DNA of 63,266 nucleotides, counting the filler, from Conidiobolus incongruus B7586 (Eukaryota): assembly GCA_000697335.1 (NCBI GenBank). It is 4 parts of 4 records of this genome, joined end to end, with 100 filler letters (N's around TTAATTAATTAA, not from the genome) between each part and the next. Parts side by side here need not be neighbours in the genome. Positions count along the whole stretch, not along the records: positions 57,633 to 63,266 come from JNEM01006075.1; 3 more parts are not named here. One strand, given 5' to 3'. Below the pieces are notes generated by a model that was given only the letters and a program-made list of their open reading frames with translations, was not told the DNA's origin and made no database searches. A program made the position numbers and the translations under genes. This document shows, piece by piece, positions 60,838 to 63,266 of the stretch (the first letter of the stretch is position 1; the number at the start of each line of letters is the position of its first letter).

Positions 60838-62117
60838 ATGATCATGAATAGAAGAACTATGGCAGTAGACTTCTCTGGTAATTCAGATACGCCAGCCAAT
60901 ATAAAAAACCCTCCAATACCTTCTGTTCCCCGAAAGAGGCCAGAAAATTTGTCTCCATTTATGAACTTGAACGACCCTAGAGTCAAATTGAGCTTAGACA
61001 GAGCTAGGCCCAGAGCTCGCTACCCCAACTTGGCGCCACCAAGGGCCAACCCTTTGGCTAAACCTATAGCTACAGAAGAATCTAAACCTGTAGTAGCAAA
61101 AGAAGAGAAATTGTCTGAACAAAAGATTCCTAGCGAACTTTTGGACGATCCCAGTTTATACATTGTACAAAATCTCCCCAAAGGAGTTATAGATGCTTTA
61201 GCTGCTTTAAAAACGCCGCCTGAATTTATCAACAAGGTGATGACGAAAGCTCCAGTGTTTTTAGCCGGGAATAAGAATCCGCAGCTAAAACGCAAGCTAG
61301 AGTCCGAACCTAGCAAACCTGTGGTGCAAATTGTAGAAGATCCCTATTTCTCACGAGATCCTCTTCCAAACACTACTCATTTGGCCAAAGCTAAGCCTGT
61401 GGTACAAAACTTCCCTCTTTATGACCCTTCTGCACAGCCTTCACGCAGAATCGTCAGCTGTAGTGACGCTCCCACACTTCCTGCACCGCCTATGGGATCT
61501 ATCCTACCTTGCTACCATTCTAATGAGCATAGAGTACCACTAATAACAGCTCAAACTATGCGACAAGTTCTAGACGGCTGCTACTCTGAATACTACCACG
61601 ATTTGCGCATTCTCGACTGTCGATTTGAATACGAATTCGACGGAGGTCATCTCCCTGGAGCCGAGAATTTCCCAGACCCGAGGAAGCTACCCAACTTGGT
61701 ACTCTCTTCTGACTCTCAGGGCGGGGATAATCGTGTTAATTTAATGATAATTTATTGTGAATACTCCATGGATCGTGCACCAAAAATGTAAGCTAATATA
61801 ATATACTTGATATTAGATTATTTATTAATATGTTTATTAGTGCTCAAAAATTAAGGAATTTGGATGAAACCTTTACCAAATTAAAGAGAGGCAGAGACAA
61901 TGGTAAAGGCCTCAAATACCCCGAACTCTATATTCTCGACGGCGGCTATGCCACTTTTTACGAAACGTTCCCCAACCGGTGTGAACCTCAAGGGTACACT
62001 CCAATGGATTGTAGAGAGCACAGGTCAGATATGGCCAAGAAGATGCTCACCTTCAACCATAGGCTGGACCGTTTGGGACTGAACCTCGCTCGTCCTCACT
62101 CGAATCTTCCCGAATGA
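60838..62117 (+). CDS. Cdc25/Mih1-like rhodanese-fold phosphatase, 2 exons
   Basis: Intron 61788-61840. Motifs [25 protein letters not shown] (CX5R), [11 protein letters not shown] and CEPQGYTPM. Confidence 0.9.
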
Positions 62118-62948
62118 TCATCCCATTACAACTTCTTGCAAGTATCCTTGCATCAATCTCACTTCTGTATATACACCCGTATGTATATAATAATCACCCT
62201 TCGTTATTGTTTATATTTTCTAATTTCATAATCCAATCTTTATTTAGCTTATAATATTTTTACTCACTCTATTTGTTTATAACTTCAATTTTTAATTCAA
62301 TACTAATGTTCTATAAATCTTTAATAAATGTTTATATTTCGAATTTAACATAATTTATTTGTTATTATTAGTATTGTATATCATATTCAATGTGATTTTT
62401 GTTAGAAATATATTATTTTGTAATGATTAGTGAAATTAATATTATATGCATAAATCTTTGATTTTATAATTAGATAAAATTGTGTTGTATCATAATTTTT
62501 AAAGTCATCATAAATATTAATTTAAATAATTCAACTATTATAATAGTTTATCACTTCAAAAACTCTCTCATAACTAAGAGATTAAGGGTTAATAATTTCC
62601 ACTAATTTGTATAAGATTTTCAATGTCCAAATATTAATAAAACTTGAAACTATGACATTTTGTATATATTTTTTAATATTTGGTCCATGCTTTTAGAAAT
62701 TGGATCAACAGTTTAATTGTTAGTTTACAAATTGAGATTATTTTAAAAACTGTTGAAGTATTATATTTAGATATTCAATTAACAATTAATGATTTTCGCT
62801 AAAATACCTATTATCATGATATATCAATTTTAAAATTTATTCATAATTTTCAATATTTTTTCAATCTGTAACAATTGTTTCAAAACCCAATTTCACTACT
62901 AATTACCTCATCATCATTTTTATTATTTGCATAATTCGAAGTGATTTT

Positions 62949-63197
62949 TCAATTAGTAAAGAACATTTTACTTGAATTTTTATGAGAAAATTTTAATTTG
63001 TTAGATTTTGTAACGAGATTAGCTAGGGGTATCAATGCCAGCTCTAATATTTCGCCATGATGGTCGGAGATATAAGTGACTATGTGATCTACAACTCTAG
63101 GGGCCATGAGGACCAGTTGGGTCGCAATGGCCATCCGATTGGGTTCATCATATAGGATTAACTGCAAATTGGGCAGATTAGAACGAATGAGAGACAT
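62949..63197 (-). CDS. Hypothetical short ORF or gene fragment
   Basis: 82-aa ORF lying on a locally GC-richer island; no recognisable motif. Confidence 0.25.
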   Translation of the reverse strand: MSLIRSNLPNLQLILYDEPNRMAIATQLVLMAPRVVDHIVTYISDHHGEILELALIPLANLVTKSNKLKFSHKNSSKMFFTN

Positions 63198-63266
63198 ATT
63201 ATAAAATTATGTAATAGTGAGTAAAGCTAAATAAGAAAAGAAATTGTAGCAGAATAGATTTTATTA

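Overview
Very AT-rich eukaryotic DNA with short GT-AG introns. A mitochondrial ribosomal protein gene and fungal-type housekeeping genes suggest an early-diverging fungus, possibly Conidiobolus/Entomophthoromycota-like (inference only). The window has four parts. (1) 1-2293: a dead PIF/Harbinger transposon riddled with C>T/G>A changes. (2) 2.4-20 kb: a cluster of 5 intact and 3 decayed intronless paralogues of a cysteine-free secreted protein family that I do not recognise. Members have a signal peptide, an RR pro-site, alternating-hydrophobic 'VVDLDVNVL' strands, a shared ~37-aa three-strand module and exchangeable low-complexity tails; one is a 922-aa tandem-repeat protein. (3) MRPL6 and two tandem 1147-aa secreted TolB/PD40-amidohydrolases of bacterial appearance. 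(4) Housekeeping genes: SRY1-like, tRNA-Pro, L1-domain protein, RUS1/DUF647, DENND6-like, NCL1/NSUN2 and Cdc25-like. Two DD34D mariner copies differ almost only by transitions (RIP-like hypermutation), whereas duplicated host genes show no such bias. Three 100-bp N-spacers are assembly gaps, so adjacency across them is unproven. All homology calls come from motif recognition by eye; no database search was run.
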